The notes under the pieces were generated by a model that had not been told where the DNA came from, searched no databases, and saw only the letters and a program-made list of their open reading frames with translations. A stretch of DNA of 64,000 bases, taken from NCBI GenBank assembly GCA_964637345.1, contig CAZWTD010000003.1:7678-71677 (forward strand), read 5' to 3'. The DNA comes from an uncultured Gammaproteobacteria bacterium. GTDB lineage: Bacteria; Patescibacteriota; Patescibacteriia; HK-STAS-PATE-3. Shown here piece after piece: positions 28,516 to 38,402 of the stretch. Position numbers and translations under genes: made by a program. Numbering within the stretch: the first letter of the stretch is position 1; every line of letters begins with the position of its first letter.

Positions 28516-29323
28516 CCTCTCAATTATCATCGTCAATTATCGTTCGCGGGGATTAGTTCGAACGTGTCTTCGCGGGATTGCGCGCTCAAATATTTCCCGA
28601 CCATACGAGGTTATTGTTGTTGATAATGCCTCAAACGATGGTTGTGTTGATATGGTCTGGGAAGAATTCCCGGAAGTCCGGGTTATCGCCTCAGAGGCAA
28701 ACCGAGGCTTGGCATCGGGAAATAATCTTGGTATTCGTGCTGCCCGTGGAAAATACTACCTTATTATCAATCCAGATATTGCTCTTTTTCCAGGGATGGT
28801 CGAGCGACTTATTGAGTATCTTGAGGCGAATCCGAGCGTAGCTCTCGCCGGGCCCAAGCTCATCAATCCAGATAATACAATTCAGCACTCAATTTACCGT
28901 TTTCCAACGCTTCTCGTACCACTATACCGACGTACCCCCCTGGCGCACCTGCCGTCAGCGCGAAACGCGTTGCAGTCGTATCTCATGTTTGATCACGATC
29001 GTAATGTGAGCGGGCCCGTTGATTGGGTTTTAGGTGCGTGTATGCTAGTCCGACGAGAGGCTTGCGAAAAAATCGGTGAAATGGATGAACGCTATTTTCT
29101 GTACTTTGAAGACGTCGACTGGTGCCGGCGATTCTGGGCTGCCGGATACGAAGTTCATTATGTGAGCGATGCCCAGCTTGTCCATTATCATCGGCGCTTA
29201 TCAGCAGAAAGTCCCGGCCTCAGCGGCGTTTTTACGAAAGCAACTCGAATTCACATTACCTCCGGGATTCGCTACTTCCTCAAGTACCTTCGGGCACCGC
29301 ACCCGCGACGTTTTTCAGCTTGA
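28508..29323 (+). CDS. glycosyltransferase family 2 (GT-A)
   Basis: Start at ATG 28508 (track ORF starts TTG 28499). LSIIIVNYRSRGLVRTCLRGIARS...EVIVVDNASNDG; DxD INPDIAL; overlaps preceding GT2 by 8 nt. Confidence 0.75.
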   Translation: MLDLSIIIVNYRSRGLVRTCLRGIARSNISRPYEVIVVDNASNDGCVDMVWEEFPEVRVIASEANRGLASGNNLGIRAARGKYYLIINPDIALFPGMVERLIEYLEANPSVALAGPKLINPDNTIQHSIYRFPTLLVPLYRRTPLAHLPSARNALQSYLMFDHDRNVSGPVDWVLGACMLVRREACEKIGEMDERYFLYFEDVDWCRRFWAAGYEVHYVSDAQLVHYHRRLSAESPGLSGVFTKATRIHITSGIRYFLKYLRAPHPRRFSA

Positions 29324-29338
29324 CGTGAAGCGCTCGTC

Positions 29339-31351
29339 ATGGTATTTTCGAGCCCCAAGGGGATTCGCATGAGCACACAATCTATGAATAAACAAAAGCG
29401 TCAAGCTCAAGCAGCCACGACTGTCAATTTCGCTGGTCATGTTCGGCGTTCGCCAAAAAAGAAGCGCTGGTGGAAGGTGCTTCTTCTTGTTGCGTGCGGG
29501 CTTCTTGTTGTTGTGAGCGCCCTTGGCGCTCTATCATATCGGCCAGCCCAAAAGGCGCTAGCAGCGGCTAAGCGAGGGCAAGATGCGTTTCTTGCTGCGC
29601 AGTCGAGTCTTGAAGACCAAAACTTTTCTCTTGTTCATAGCCAGCTCGAAACCGCTTTGGCTGAATTTTCGACCGCTCGTACTGAGCTTGAGAAACTCTC
29701 TTGGCTTCGCGTTGTTCCTTTTGCCGAGCGACAGTATCGAGCCGCGTACCACCTTCTTCTCGCAGGAGTTCGGACCGGAGACTCAATTTCGCAGGTGGCC
29801 GACTTCGGCCGATCTACCATTGAGCCCTTTACTGCGGGCGGATCCTTAAGTCTCGATTCGCTTTCCCCGTCAGACAAGCGGCAAATTCTTAAAAACTTTA
29901 CCGAGTCTCAGACAGTATTAGCTCAAGCGAATGAAGACATCGACGCCGCCCTTGAAGAACTTAATCGCATTCCAGAAACGGGACTCCTTCGCCAGCTGCA
30001 AAATGCTGTTGACCCGGTTCGCGAAAAGCTTCCTCTCGTAAAAAAGGTTGTTGATGAAGTCGCGACTTTTTCGCGAACGATACCCCTGCTCGCTGGGTAC
30101 CCAGAAGAGCGAACCTACCTCTTCTTGCTCGAAAACAATACAGAGCTGCGTCCTGCTGGAGGTTTTATTGGAACCTATGGAGTTCTTCGGGTACAAGACG
30201 GCGAAATTGAGGAATTTACCACAGATAATATTTATAATATCGACATTCCGGCCGAGGAGTTCTTAACGATTGAGCCGCCGGCTCCACTAAAAACGTATCT
30301 CAAGTCAACAGCGTGGTTCCTGCGCGACTCAAACTGGTCGCCTGATTTCCCCACCTCAGCGGAAGAGGCGCTGCGGTTTTATCAACTTGAGCGCGGACCG
30401 GTTCAGCATTTTGACGGTGTCATTGCGGTAACCCCAACCTTCATCGAGTCGCTTATCGGCCTAACCGGATCGCTTCAGGTCGAGAACGTTACATTTACTA
30501 AGGAGAACTTTATCGACACGCTCCAGTATCAAGTCGAACAAGGATATTACCGTCAAGGTATTAGCGAAAGTGAACGAAAAGAGATTATCGGCGAACTAGC
30601 TGATATGCTCCTTGACCGTCTCCTCGCCCTCCCGCAGTCACAGTGGGATGAGTTGTGGTCCACCTTTACCGAAGACGTTGCGAAGAAGCAAATTATGATC
30701 TATTTGCGCGATCCTTCGCTCCAAAGCATTATTGAAGAAGAGAACTGGGGCGGCGCCACAACGGAAACCGTTGGCGACTACCTCGCTGTCGTTGATGCCA
30801 ACATGGCTTCGTTGAAAAGCGATCCGGGCGTCAAGCGCACAATTGACTACTCCGTGACACTCGAAGGCGGCAAGGCCTTCGGTGACCTCACCGTAACGTA
30901 CCGAAACGAAGGAACGATTACGTGGAAATCAACACGCTACCGCACTTTTGTTCGCGTCTACACCCCTGAGGGAAGCACCTTACTCTTGGCTGAAGGATAC
31001 CTTACCAACGACAAAATCCAAAACGGAAAGCCCACGCAGCCAACAACGGAAAGCGAGCTCGGAAAAACGGTATTTGCTGGATTCACTTCAATTGAACCAC
31101 AGGAAACAGGGACAATTCACCTACGGTACGAGCTTCCTGAGAGTGTTGCAAAGCTTCTCCGTGAGAAGCAGTATCTCCTCGATGTCCAAAAGCAAGCCGG
31201 AGCCGGGGATCACGTTCTCAATCTACGCGTCAACGGCGGATACCGCGTGAAATCAGCGCTTCCGTTTGAATTGAATCCATCAACGTCAGGATCGGAAGCC
31301 AACTTCTCCGGATTCTTGAACCAGGATTATCGAATCAGTGTTACTGATTAG
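29339..31351 (+). CDS. large membrane-anchored protein, probably DUF4012-family (polysaccharide-locus associated)
   Basis: 670 aa; basic N-terminus, single TM (WWKVLLLVACGLLVVVSALGAL), large extracytoplasmic domain containing LENNTELRPAGGFIGTYGVLRV motif that I recall as characteristic of DUF4012 (from memory, not searched). Alternative start ATG 29369 with GGGGA SD. Confidence 0.45.
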   Translation: MVFSSPKGIRMSTQSMNKQKRQAQAATTVNFAGHVRRSPKKKRWWKVLLLVACGLLVVVSALGALSYRPAQKALAAAKRGQDAFLAAQSSLEDQNFSLVHSQLETALAEFSTARTELEKLSWLRVVPFAERQYRAAYHLLLAGVRTGDSISQVADFGRSTIEPFTAGGSLSLDSLSPSDKRQILKNFTESQTVLAQANEDIDAALEELNRIPETGLLRQLQNAVDPVREKLPLVKKVVDEVATFSRTIPLLAGYPEERTYLFLLENNTELRPAGGFIGTYGVLRVQDGEIEEFTTDNIYNIDIPAEEFLTIEPPAPLKTYLKSTAWFLRDSNWSPDFPTSAEEALRFYQLERGPVQHFDGVIAVTPTFIESLIGLTGSLQVENVTFTKENFIDTLQYQVEQGYYRQGISESERKEIIGELADMLLDRLLALPQSQWDELWSTFTEDVAKKQIMIYLRDPSLQSIIEEENWGGATTETVGDYLAVVDANMASLKSDPGVKRTIDYSVTLEGGKAFGDLTVTYRNEGTITWKSTRYRTFVRVYTPEGSTLLLAEGYLTNDKIQNGKPTQPTTESELGKTVFAGFTSIEPQETGTIHLRYELPESVAKLLREKQYLLDVQKQAGAGDHVLNLRVNGGYRVKSALPFELNPSTSGSEANFSGFLNQDYRISVTD

Positions 31352-31354
31352 CAT

Positions 31355-32368
31355 ATGAGCCTTTTTATCAAACGTCTCGGTATCGACCTGGGGACTACTT
31401 CGACGTTGGTTCATATCCCAAAGCGAGGCATTGTCATTAACGAACCTTCGGTTGTTGCGATTTCTGTTCTTGATAAAAAAGTGCTCGCTGTAGGCGACGA
31501 GGCTAAAGAAATGCTTGGTCGGACACCTGATACGATCGTTGCTTACCGACCGCTCCGTGACGGCGTTATCGCCGATTATCGAACGACAGAGGCGATGCTC
31601 CGCTATTTTATTAATAAGGCTCTCGGGGGAGTACGTTTTTTTCGCCCCGAAGTTATGATTGCTGTCCCTGCAGGTATTACCTCAACGGAACGACGCGCTG
31701 TTGTTGACGCAACACTAGCGGCGGGCGCCAAAGCCGCATATATCATTAAAGAGCCGATTGCAGCAGCTATTGGCGCCAATATCCCAATTGGCTCAGCCTC
31801 TGGCCATATGATTATCGATATCGGCGGAGGAACCTCTGAAATCGCTGTTATTTCGCTTGGTGGCATTGTAGCCAATACTTCTGTTCGCATCGGCGGAAAC
31901 AAGCTCGACTCGGCAATACAGGAGTATATTCGAAAGAAGTACGGCTTAGCAATCGGAGAGCAAACCGCCGAGCAGGTGAAAATTACGATTGGGTCCGCGC
32001 TCCCACTTGAAGAGAAGCTTGCCCTTGAGGTTCGCGGGCGCGATGTGGTCACGGGCTTACCGAAAACCATTACTGTTTTTTCGGACGACGTTACCGAGGC
32101 GATTCAGGATGAGCTGGCGGGAATTATTCAAGCCGTAAAATCGGTCCTTCAAGAAACCCCGCCTGAGCTTTCGGCGGATGTTATTGATAAAGGAATGGTC
32201 CTGAGCGGCGGGTCATCACAGCTACGAAATATCGACCGCCTTATGTCTCAGGCAACGGGGGTTCCGGCCTATATCGCTGATGACAGTCGACTTTGCGTCG
32301 CTCGGGGGACTGGCGTCGCCCTCGAAAACCTCGAATCATACAAGCGGAGTATTTTGATGACAAAGTAA
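31355..32368 (+). CDS. mreB: actin-like rod-shape protein MreB (paralog 1, embedded in glycan locus)
   Basis: 337 aa; LGIDLGTTSTLVHIPKRGIVINEPSVVAI phosphate-1 motif, DIGGGTSEIAV phosphate-2, adenosine motif; full-length MreB. Confidence 0.85.
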   Translation: MSLFIKRLGIDLGTTSTLVHIPKRGIVINEPSVVAISVLDKKVLAVGDEAKEMLGRTPDTIVAYRPLRDGVIADYRTTEAMLRYFINKALGGVRFFRPEVMIAVPAGITSTERRAVVDATLAAGAKAAYIIKEPIAAAIGANIPIGSASGHMIIDIGGGTSEIAVISLGGIVANTSVRIGGNKLDSAIQEYIRKKYGLAIGEQTAEQVKITIGSALPLEEKLALEVRGRDVVTGLPKTITVFSDDVTEAIQDELAGIIQAVKSVLQETPPELSADVIDKGMVLSGGSSQLRNIDRLMSQATGVPAYIADDSRLCVARGTGVALENLESYKRSILMTK

Positions 32369-32370
32369 GC

Positions 32371-33555
32371 ATGCGTATAGGCATCGACGCTTCGAGGGCG
32401 AATCTTCGGGTTCGAACGGGAACGGAATGGTACTCGTTTGAAATTATCAAGCAGCTTCTCGCCCGCGATCACACGAACGAGTATATTCTTTATCTTAAGG
32501 AGGCGCCGATTCCGGAACTTGCTCAGCTTTCGGGTCGAGTGCAGTTTCGCGTTCTTAGGTGGCCGCCAAAATTTCTCTGGAACCTTTTTCGTCTTTCCTG
32601 GGAAATGCTCGTCCATCGTCCGGATGTGCTCTTTGTCCCGGCTCATACAATTCCACTTATTCACCCAAAACGCCTTGTCACAACTTGCCATGATGTCGGC
32701 TTTGAACGCTTTCCCGACCTCTATGCCAGAAAGCCGATTGGGCCGCAACGGGGGATTGGCAGAAGCCTTTTTTCTCTCCTGACAAGACTCCTCACCCTTG
32801 GTCGTTACCGAAATACTGAGCTTGATTACCACCGCTTCAGTATGCGCCTAGCGCTGCGGCGGGCAGAGCGAATTCTTGTCCCTTCAGCCTTTACAGCGGA
32901 TGAAATTCATTATTTCTACCCACGTCCAAAAGGGGAGCTGCGAATAATTCACCACGGAATTAACACCCAATTTTCCACGCTTCCGGAGGAGAAGGAACGA
33001 ACAGCGCTTCTCAGGAAGCACGGAATTCGAAAACCCTACCTGTTTTTTCTTGGCCGCTGGGAGGTAAAAAAGAATATTGATATTCTTCTCCAGTCATTTG
33101 AACGTTTACGGGCAGCCGGCCGCTTAGAACAGCTCGTCCTTGGCGGTCGACCAGGATTGGGCTTTGAAGAAGCTTGGGCGCGAATTTCTGAATCAACGCG
33201 CTCAGCGATTGTGCTTTGGGAAAATGTAACGACCGAAGCGCCTACGCTTATGGCGGAGGCGGCTGTTTTTGTATTCCCGTCTGCTTATGAAGGATTTGGT
33301 CTCCCCATACTTGAAGCAATGTCGGTTGGAACTCCCGTGGTTGCGAACGCGGCTGCCTCGATTCCGGAAATTGCCGGCGACGCGGCCATTCTCGTGGAGG
33401 ATGTAAACCCCTCAACGTTATCACAAGCGATCCATCGTGTTCTCGTGGATGCGTCCTTCCGAAGCGTGCTCATTGAGCGCGGCAAAGCGCGTACTTCTAC
33501 ATTTTCTTGGGACGTGGCCGGACAGGCGACCTACGAAGCGGTTGCTCATTGGTAG
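32371..33555 (+). CDS. glycosyltransferase family 4 (GT-B)
   Basis: Start at internal ATG 32371 (MRIGIDASRANL...); C-terminal EGFGLPILEAMSVGTPVVANAAASIPEIAGDAAILV GT4 motif. Confidence 0.75.
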   Translation: MRIGIDASRANLRVRTGTEWYSFEIIKQLLARDHTNEYILYLKEAPIPELAQLSGRVQFRVLRWPPKFLWNLFRLSWEMLVHRPDVLFVPAHTIPLIHPKRLVTTCHDVGFERFPDLYARKPIGPQRGIGRSLFSLLTRLLTLGRYRNTELDYHRFSMRLALRRAERILVPSAFTADEIHYFYPRPKGELRIIHHGINTQFSTLPEEKERTALLRKHGIRKPYLFFLGRWEVKKNIDILLQSFERLRAAGRLEQLVLGGRPGLGFEEAWARISESTRSAIVLWENVTTEAPTLMAEAAVFVFPSAYEGFGLPILEAMSVGTPVVANAAASIPEIAGDAAILVEDVNPSTLSQAIHRVLVDASFRSVLIERGKARTSTFSWDVAGQATYEAVAHW

Positions 33556-33557
33556 CC

Positions 33558-33586
33558 TTGTCGGAATGCTGAATTTGTGGTAGAGT
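33558..33586 (+). promoter_or_regulatory. putative promoter for holB (TTGTCG-N17-TGGTAGAGT, extended -10)
   Basis: Seen in 54-nt gap between GT4 stop and holB ATG (33610). Confidence 0.4.
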
Positions 33587-33609
33587 TTTCTGGCTGATTT
33601 ACTAGGCAA

Positions 33610-34410
33610 ATGCCTTCTGTGACTACTCAGAGTACGGCAAAATCATTTGCGTACGTTGACCATATTTTGACCGGGAGCGCGCCTCACCACGCGTATCTCT
33701 TCAACGGAACTGCGCGAGAAGATCTCGTTAGCGCAGCGGGAGAGGTTGCTCGACGTTTTCTCTGTGAGAACCGCTCGATCGACGACGACCACTGCGCAAG
33801 CTGCGCTTTGTTTCAAGCCGGTAACCACCCGGACTGCTTTTTACTCGGGAGCGAAACCTCCTCAATCGGGGTAGCTGAAATACGGGAGCTTATCGCTTCA
33901 TTTCAACAAACAGCTGCGCGCGCTGGCTATCGCTTTGCCTTACTCTTGGACGCAGAGCGGCTCACTGAGTCGGCAATGAACGCCTTGCTGAAAAGCCTCG
34001 AGGAGCCTCCACCTGGCGCAATACTCATTCTCACTACCCTACAAGCACGCAAGCTTCTCCCAACGCTTCGCTCTCGCTGCTACCAAGTTGATCTTCCACG
34101 CCTGACGGCACAACAAGTTGATAATCCACTTTTCGATCAATTCCTTGCCGCAAGTGCTGAAGAACGGCTCGCGCTTCTCCCTCCTTCTCCAGCTGGCGTA
34201 GAGGCCGGTCGGCAGAGAATGGCTGCAGAAGATTTTCTCCGACAACTTCTTCAGAGCGGCCAGCAAAGCTTGCTCCCGGCACTTCAGCGAACAAGCCAGG
34301 TCGCTCGTCGGACTAAGCTCCTTCGACGCCTCCTCACCCTTTTCGGTGCCCTTAATCAAAACGTTTCACCGCGCCTTGTCCTTGATTCACTCGTTTATTC
34401 GTATGACTAA
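33610..34410 (+). CDS. holB: DNA polymerase III subunit delta-prime
   Basis: AAA+ clamp-loader fold with degenerate P-loop (HAYLFNGTAREDL), zinc module CENRSIDDDHCASCALF, sensor motifs LLKSLEEPPPGAILIL and LRSRC; 266 aa. Confidence 0.65.
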   Translation: MPSVTTQSTAKSFAYVDHILTGSAPHHAYLFNGTAREDLVSAAGEVARRFLCENRSIDDDHCASCALFQAGNHPDCFLLGSETSSIGVAEIRELIASFQQTAARAGYRFALLLDAERLTESAMNALLKSLEEPPPGAILILTTLQARKLLPTLRSRCYQVDLPRLTAQQVDNPLFDQFLAASAEERLALLPPSPAGVEAGRQRMAAEDFLRQLLQSGQQSLLPALQRTSQVARRTKLLRRLLTLFGALNQNVSPRLVLDSLVYSYD

Positions 34411-35470
34411 ACGACCGCAAACTCGACTTGTTCTCCTTTCCTTAGCTGCCCTCCTTTTTCTCACCGGACAGCAATGTACGATTCTTGGATCCGGAAAGAA
34501 AGCAGACGGCGGTATTTTCCGTTCTGACAACGGCGGGCAGGCGTGGGCCCAGAAAGCACTTATCGGAAAGGTGAAAAAGAAAACTGTAACGATTGCGAAT
34601 GTTGATACCGGCATTCTTCTTTTTCATCCCTCAGACGCCAAAACGCTCTATCTCGGGACATTAGGCAACGGGATATACCGGAGCGAAGACGGCGGCGAGC
34701 GATGGCAGGTGACTGGACGACAGTCCGGGTCAGTAACCGCGATCGCAATTGATCCTAAGACCCCCGAAATACTGTATGCAAATAACGGTGGAAACATTGA
34801 AAAAACCGTTGATGGGGGAGTGACGTGGCAAAAAGTGTATACAGAAACGAGAAGTGGAATTTCCGTCACTTCAATCATCGTCGATCCGAAAAACCCGAAG
34901 CATCTTTTCGCCGGTAACTCGGCTGGGGTAATCCTGGAAAGCGTTGACTACGGACAGTCTTGGCTTATGAACTACACTTTTCGGGCTGGCGTTCGAAGGC
35001 TGGTGATGCACCCCGCGAAACCCGGGGTTTTACTCGCCGTTCACTCGCCGAAAGGATTAAGTCGAAGTGAAGACGGCGGAAAGACGTGGTCCGAGCTCAA
35101 GGAGGGATTTTCTTCGTTCAGCGGCTCAGATACACTATACGACCTAGCGTTTGAGCCCGGGGACTCAAGCGTCGTTTACTTTGCCTCCAAATATGGACTT
35201 CTTCGCTCGCCCGACTTAGGTACAACCATCGAAGAGGTGAAAACCTTGCTGCCAAATAAAACCCTCCCGATTCGGTCAGTTTTTGTGTCACGCGATAATG
35301 CTTCGAAGGTATTCTTCTCGGTCGAAAATAAAATTCATATTTCACGGGACAGCGGAGCGAGCTGGGAAGTCGTTACCGTACCAACAACGAGAACGGTCAC
35401 CCACCTCGAAGCGAACCCGAACCAATCCGATCAATTATTCGCTGGAACATTGTTTGTAAAAAAATCATGA
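34403..35470 (+). CDS. secreted Asp-box (BNR) repeat beta-propeller protein (Ycf48/sortilin-like)
   Basis: Start at internal ATG 34403 overlapping holB stop (ATGACTAA). Signal peptide MTKRPQTRLVLLSLAALLFLTG; six S-x-D-x-G-x-T-W Asp-boxes (RSDNGGQAW, RSEDGGERW, TVDGGVTW, SVDYGQSW, RSEDGGKTW, SRDSGASW). Confidence 0.55.
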   Translation: MTKRPQTRLVLLSLAALLFLTGQQCTILGSGKKADGGIFRSDNGGQAWAQKALIGKVKKKTVTIANVDTGILLFHPSDAKTLYLGTLGNGIYRSEDGGERWQVTGRQSGSVTAIAIDPKTPEILYANNGGNIEKTVDGGVTWQKVYTETRSGISVTSIIVDPKNPKHLFAGNSAGVILESVDYGQSWLMNYTFRAGVRRLVMHPAKPGVLLAVHSPKGLSRSEDGGKTWSELKEGFSSFSGSDTLYDLAFEPGDSSVVYFASKYGLLRSPDLGTTIEEVKTLLPNKTLPIRSVFVSRDNASKVFFSVENKIHISRDSGASWEVVTVPTTRTVTHLEANPNQSDQLFAGTLFVKKS

Positions 35471-36012
35471 CGAACGAATATCGAGAAAAATTTCAAGCGG
35501 CGATCGATCATTTCCGGACGGAAATTGCGTCTCTCCGAACAAACCGCGCAACTCCGGCACTTGTTGAATCATTAGTCATTGAGTGCTACGGGGGGAAATC
35601 ACCCCTAAATCAGGTGGCTTCAATCAGCGCGCCGGAACCGCGGCTTATTGTGATTCAACCCTGGGATCCATCAATCGCAAAAGATATCGAGCGATCGATT
35701 CAAGCGTCACCACTTGGCCTTCAACCGACGCTAGATGGTCAAACGATCCGGCTCTCCCTCCCTCCGCTTACCGAAGAGCGCCGCAAAGAACTGATTAAGG
35801 TCCTCGGGCAATTTGAGGAAAGCGCTAAGGTAGCAATGAAACGGGTGCGCGAGGAAGTACTAAAAACCTGGAAAGAAGATGAACGAAGCGGACAGCTTTC
35901 TCAAGACCTTCGAGAGAAGCAGGAAAAGGAGCTTCAAAAGCACCTGGAGACGGCTCAAGCTCAACTGAAAACGCTAGTCGAAGAAAAGAGTGTTGATATT
36001 TTGACGGTATAG
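35467..36012 (+). CDS. frr: ribosome recycling factor
   Basis: 181 aa; FRTEIASLRTNRATPALVESLVIECYG...LNQVASISAPEPRLIVIQPWD...IRLSLPPLTEERRKEL matches RRF throughout. Confidence 0.9.
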   Translation: MTNEYREKFQAAIDHFRTEIASLRTNRATPALVESLVIECYGGKSPLNQVASISAPEPRLIVIQPWDPSIAKDIERSIQASPLGLQPTLDGQTIRLSLPPLTEERRKELIKVLGQFEESAKVAMKRVREEVLKTWKEDERSGQLSQDLREKQEKELQKHLETAQAQLKTLVEEKSVDILTV

Positions 36013-36013
36013 T

Positions 36014-37135
36014 ATGGTGCTAACGATCCTCCTCTTCATTGTTATTCTCGGCGTACTCGTCTTTATCCACGAATACGGTCATTTTTCCTCGGCCCGCCGT
36101 TTGGGTGTTGATGTTGAGGAGTTTGGATTCGGATTTCCCCCGCGTCTATTCGGAATTCGACGGGGAACGACAATCTATTCGATTAACAGCATTCCTTTTG
36201 GAGGTTTTGTGCGTCTCCGTGGAGAAAATGGAGACGGCGCTCTTGACCAACGAAGTTTTGCTTCCCAGCGAGTTTGGAAACGTCTCGTTATTCTGTTGAG
36301 CGGAGTCGGAATGAACATCCTTCTCGCAGCATTGCTTTTCAGTTTTGTATTTTCCCTGGGCGTCCCAACGGTACTCGATGATAGCTCAATACCTGGCGGC
36401 GGACGCGTTGTTGACCGCAAGGTTCAGATTGTTGGAATTGTGGGAGATTCGCCCGCGGCGCAAGCTGGACTTGCCGGCGGTGATGCAATTCTTGAAATCG
36501 GAGAACGCCCTGTACATACCGTTAGCGATGTAACCGAATCGCTCCGCGGTCGATTAAATCAAGCGACTGAACTTCGAATTCAGCGTGGTGACGAGCAACT
36601 ACGCTACTCGCTCACCCCAGCGCAACTTGAGGGATCAGATGAGCCCCGGCTTGGAGTAAGCCTCGCTGAAACCGGATTCGTTTCTTACCCTTGGTACACG
36701 TCGCTTTGGTTGGGACCGTGGTACGCAATAAAAATGCTTGGGGTAATCTTTGCTTCTCTCGGAACGCTGGTAGTCAACTTAATTCAGCAAGGCCAAGTAA
36801 GTGGAGATGTTACCGGGCCGATCGGAATTGCTGTGGTTACCGGCCAGGTTATTGATCTCGGCTTCATCTACATACTTCAGTTCGCGGCGCTGCTCTCACT
36901 CAGTCTTGCGGCGATGAACGTCCTTCCTATTCCGGCCCTCGACGGGGGACGCGCACTCTTTGTCGTCATTGAAAAAATCCGCGGTCGCGCGATGAGCGCG
37001 AAGGTTGAAGGGCTTATTCACACCATCGGTTTCTACGCACTACTGCTCTTTATCGCAGTTATCAGCTACCGGGATTTTTTCCGCTTCGGACTCAATGAAC
37101 AACTTACTTCTTTTTTCAAAAACCTTGTTTCCTAG
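36014..37135 (+). CDS. rseP: site-2 protease RseP (M50 zinc metalloprotease with PDZ domain)
   Basis: HEYGH motif in first TM (VFIHEYGHF), PDZ region (GDSPAAQAGLAGGDAILEIGERPV), C-terminal LDGG motif (NVLPIPALDGG). Confidence 0.8.
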   Translation: MVLTILLFIVILGVLVFIHEYGHFSSARRLGVDVEEFGFGFPPRLFGIRRGTTIYSINSIPFGGFVRLRGENGDGALDQRSFASQRVWKRLVILLSGVGMNILLAALLFSFVFSLGVPTVLDDSSIPGGGRVVDRKVQIVGIVGDSPAAQAGLAGGDAILEIGERPVHTVSDVTESLRGRLNQATELRIQRGDEQLRYSLTPAQLEGSDEPRLGVSLAETGFVSYPWYTSLWLGPWYAIKMLGVIFASLGTLVVNLIQQGQVSGDVTGPIGIAVVTGQVIDLGFIYILQFAALLSLSLAAMNVLPIPALDGGRALFVVIEKIRGRAMSAKVEGLIHTIGFYALLLFIAVISYRDFFRFGLNEQLTSFFKNLVS

Positions 37136-38402
37136 CATCGAACGACAATCGCGCCTCTTCGGGAAAAATTCTCGTACTGCACCAGCGGGGGAGACGAGCG
37201 TGAACGCTCAGCTGCTCGAGCAAGCGAGCTTTGTGCGGAAGTATATGGCCGGAGTGTATTTGTATCTTCCGCTTGGTTGGCGCGTGTTGCAATCGATCCA
37301 GGCAGTTATCCGCGAGGAGTTACATACTCTCGGCGCTCAGGAACTCTTCTTTTCGGTTCTCCAGCCGAAGGAGCTCTGGGAGAAAACTGGCCGCTGGTCC
37401 GAACTCTCGCCGGTTATGTACCAGTTTCAAGATCATTCAAAAAAGGACATAGGCCTTGGCGTAACACACGAAGAAGCGATGGCTGACACGGTTCGCCACC
37501 ACGTCAGCTCATACAAGGACCTTCCCTTAGCACTGTATCAAATACAATGGAAGTTCCGCCACGAACCAAGAGCGAAATCCGGCTTGAATCGAGGGCGAGA
37601 ATTCCTGATGAAGGACCTCTATAGCTTTCACGCGACGTCAGAGGACTGTAACCTCTACTACGAAAAGGTAAAAGAGGCTTACCTGAAGATTTTCTCGCGT
37701 CTTGACCTTTCAGCGCGGGTTGTTGAAGCGTCGGGCGGCGCTTTTTCAAAGGAACCCTCACACGAATTTCAAGTATTTTCTGAAGCCGGCGAAGATCATA
37801 TCTTCTCTTGTTCAAGCTGCGATTTCGCTCAAAATAAGGAAATCGCAACTGTCAAAACAGGCGACGCCTGCCCTCAATGCTCAAAAAAAACCATTACGGA
37901 GCAACGCGGCATTGAGGTCGGGAATATCTTCCGCCTAGGAACTCGATTTAGCGAGCCTTTGGGCGCGAGTTTTTTAAGCGCTACCGGAGAACGTCGTCCT
38001 ATTGTTATGGCCTCATACGGTATTGGCGTTAGTCGCCTTATGGGAACCATTGTCGAAACGCACCACGACAAAGAGGGGATGTGCTGGCCAGACGCTGTTG
38101 CGCCTTTCCAGGTCCACCTCCTCCGTTTTGGATCTAGTCCGGAGCTTCACGATCAGAGCGAAGCCCTGCTCTCAGCCTTCGAGAAGGCGGGCATCACGGT
38201 GCTCTATGATGATCGTAATCAGTCTCCCGGGGCCTCATTGGCCGACGCTGACCTCATTGGAATTCCTGCCCGCGTCGTTATTTCAGCGAAAACCAATGGA
38301 CGCGCAGAATTAAAGTATCGCACCGAGTCGGATGCCCATCTCCTCGATTCCTCAGTATTGATTTCGCAGCTCACCGAGCGCTTCTCTCGCTATGTTCGAT
38401 AA
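37095..38402 (+). CDS. proS: prolyl-tRNA synthetase (short form without INS editing domain; small CxxC...CxxC insertion)
   Basis: Class II aaRS motifs; N-terminal region RQSRLFGKNSRTAPAGETSVNAQLLEQASF aligns with bacterial ProRS N-terminus, so start must be upstream of it: ATG 37095 (listed) or TTG 37125, both overlapping rseP 3' end. C-terminal anticodon-binding domain present. Confidence 0.75.
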   Translation: MNNLLLFSKTLFPSIERQSRLFGKNSRTAPAGETSVNAQLLEQASFVRKYMAGVYLYLPLGWRVLQSIQAVIREELHTLGAQELFFSVLQPKELWEKTGRWSELSPVMYQFQDHSKKDIGLGVTHEEAMADTVRHHVSSYKDLPLALYQIQWKFRHEPRAKSGLNRGREFLMKDLYSFHATSEDCNLYYEKVKEAYLKIFSRLDLSARVVEASGGAFSKEPSHEFQVFSEAGEDHIFSCSSCDFAQNKEIATVKTGDACPQCSKKTITEQRGIEVGNIFRLGTRFSEPLGASFLSATGERRPIVMASYGIGVSRLMGTIVETHHDKEGMCWPDAVAPFQVHLLRFGSSPELHDQSEALLSAFEKAGITVLYDDRNQSPGASLADADLIGIPARVVISAKTNGRAELKYRTESDAHLLDSSVLISQLTERFSRYVR

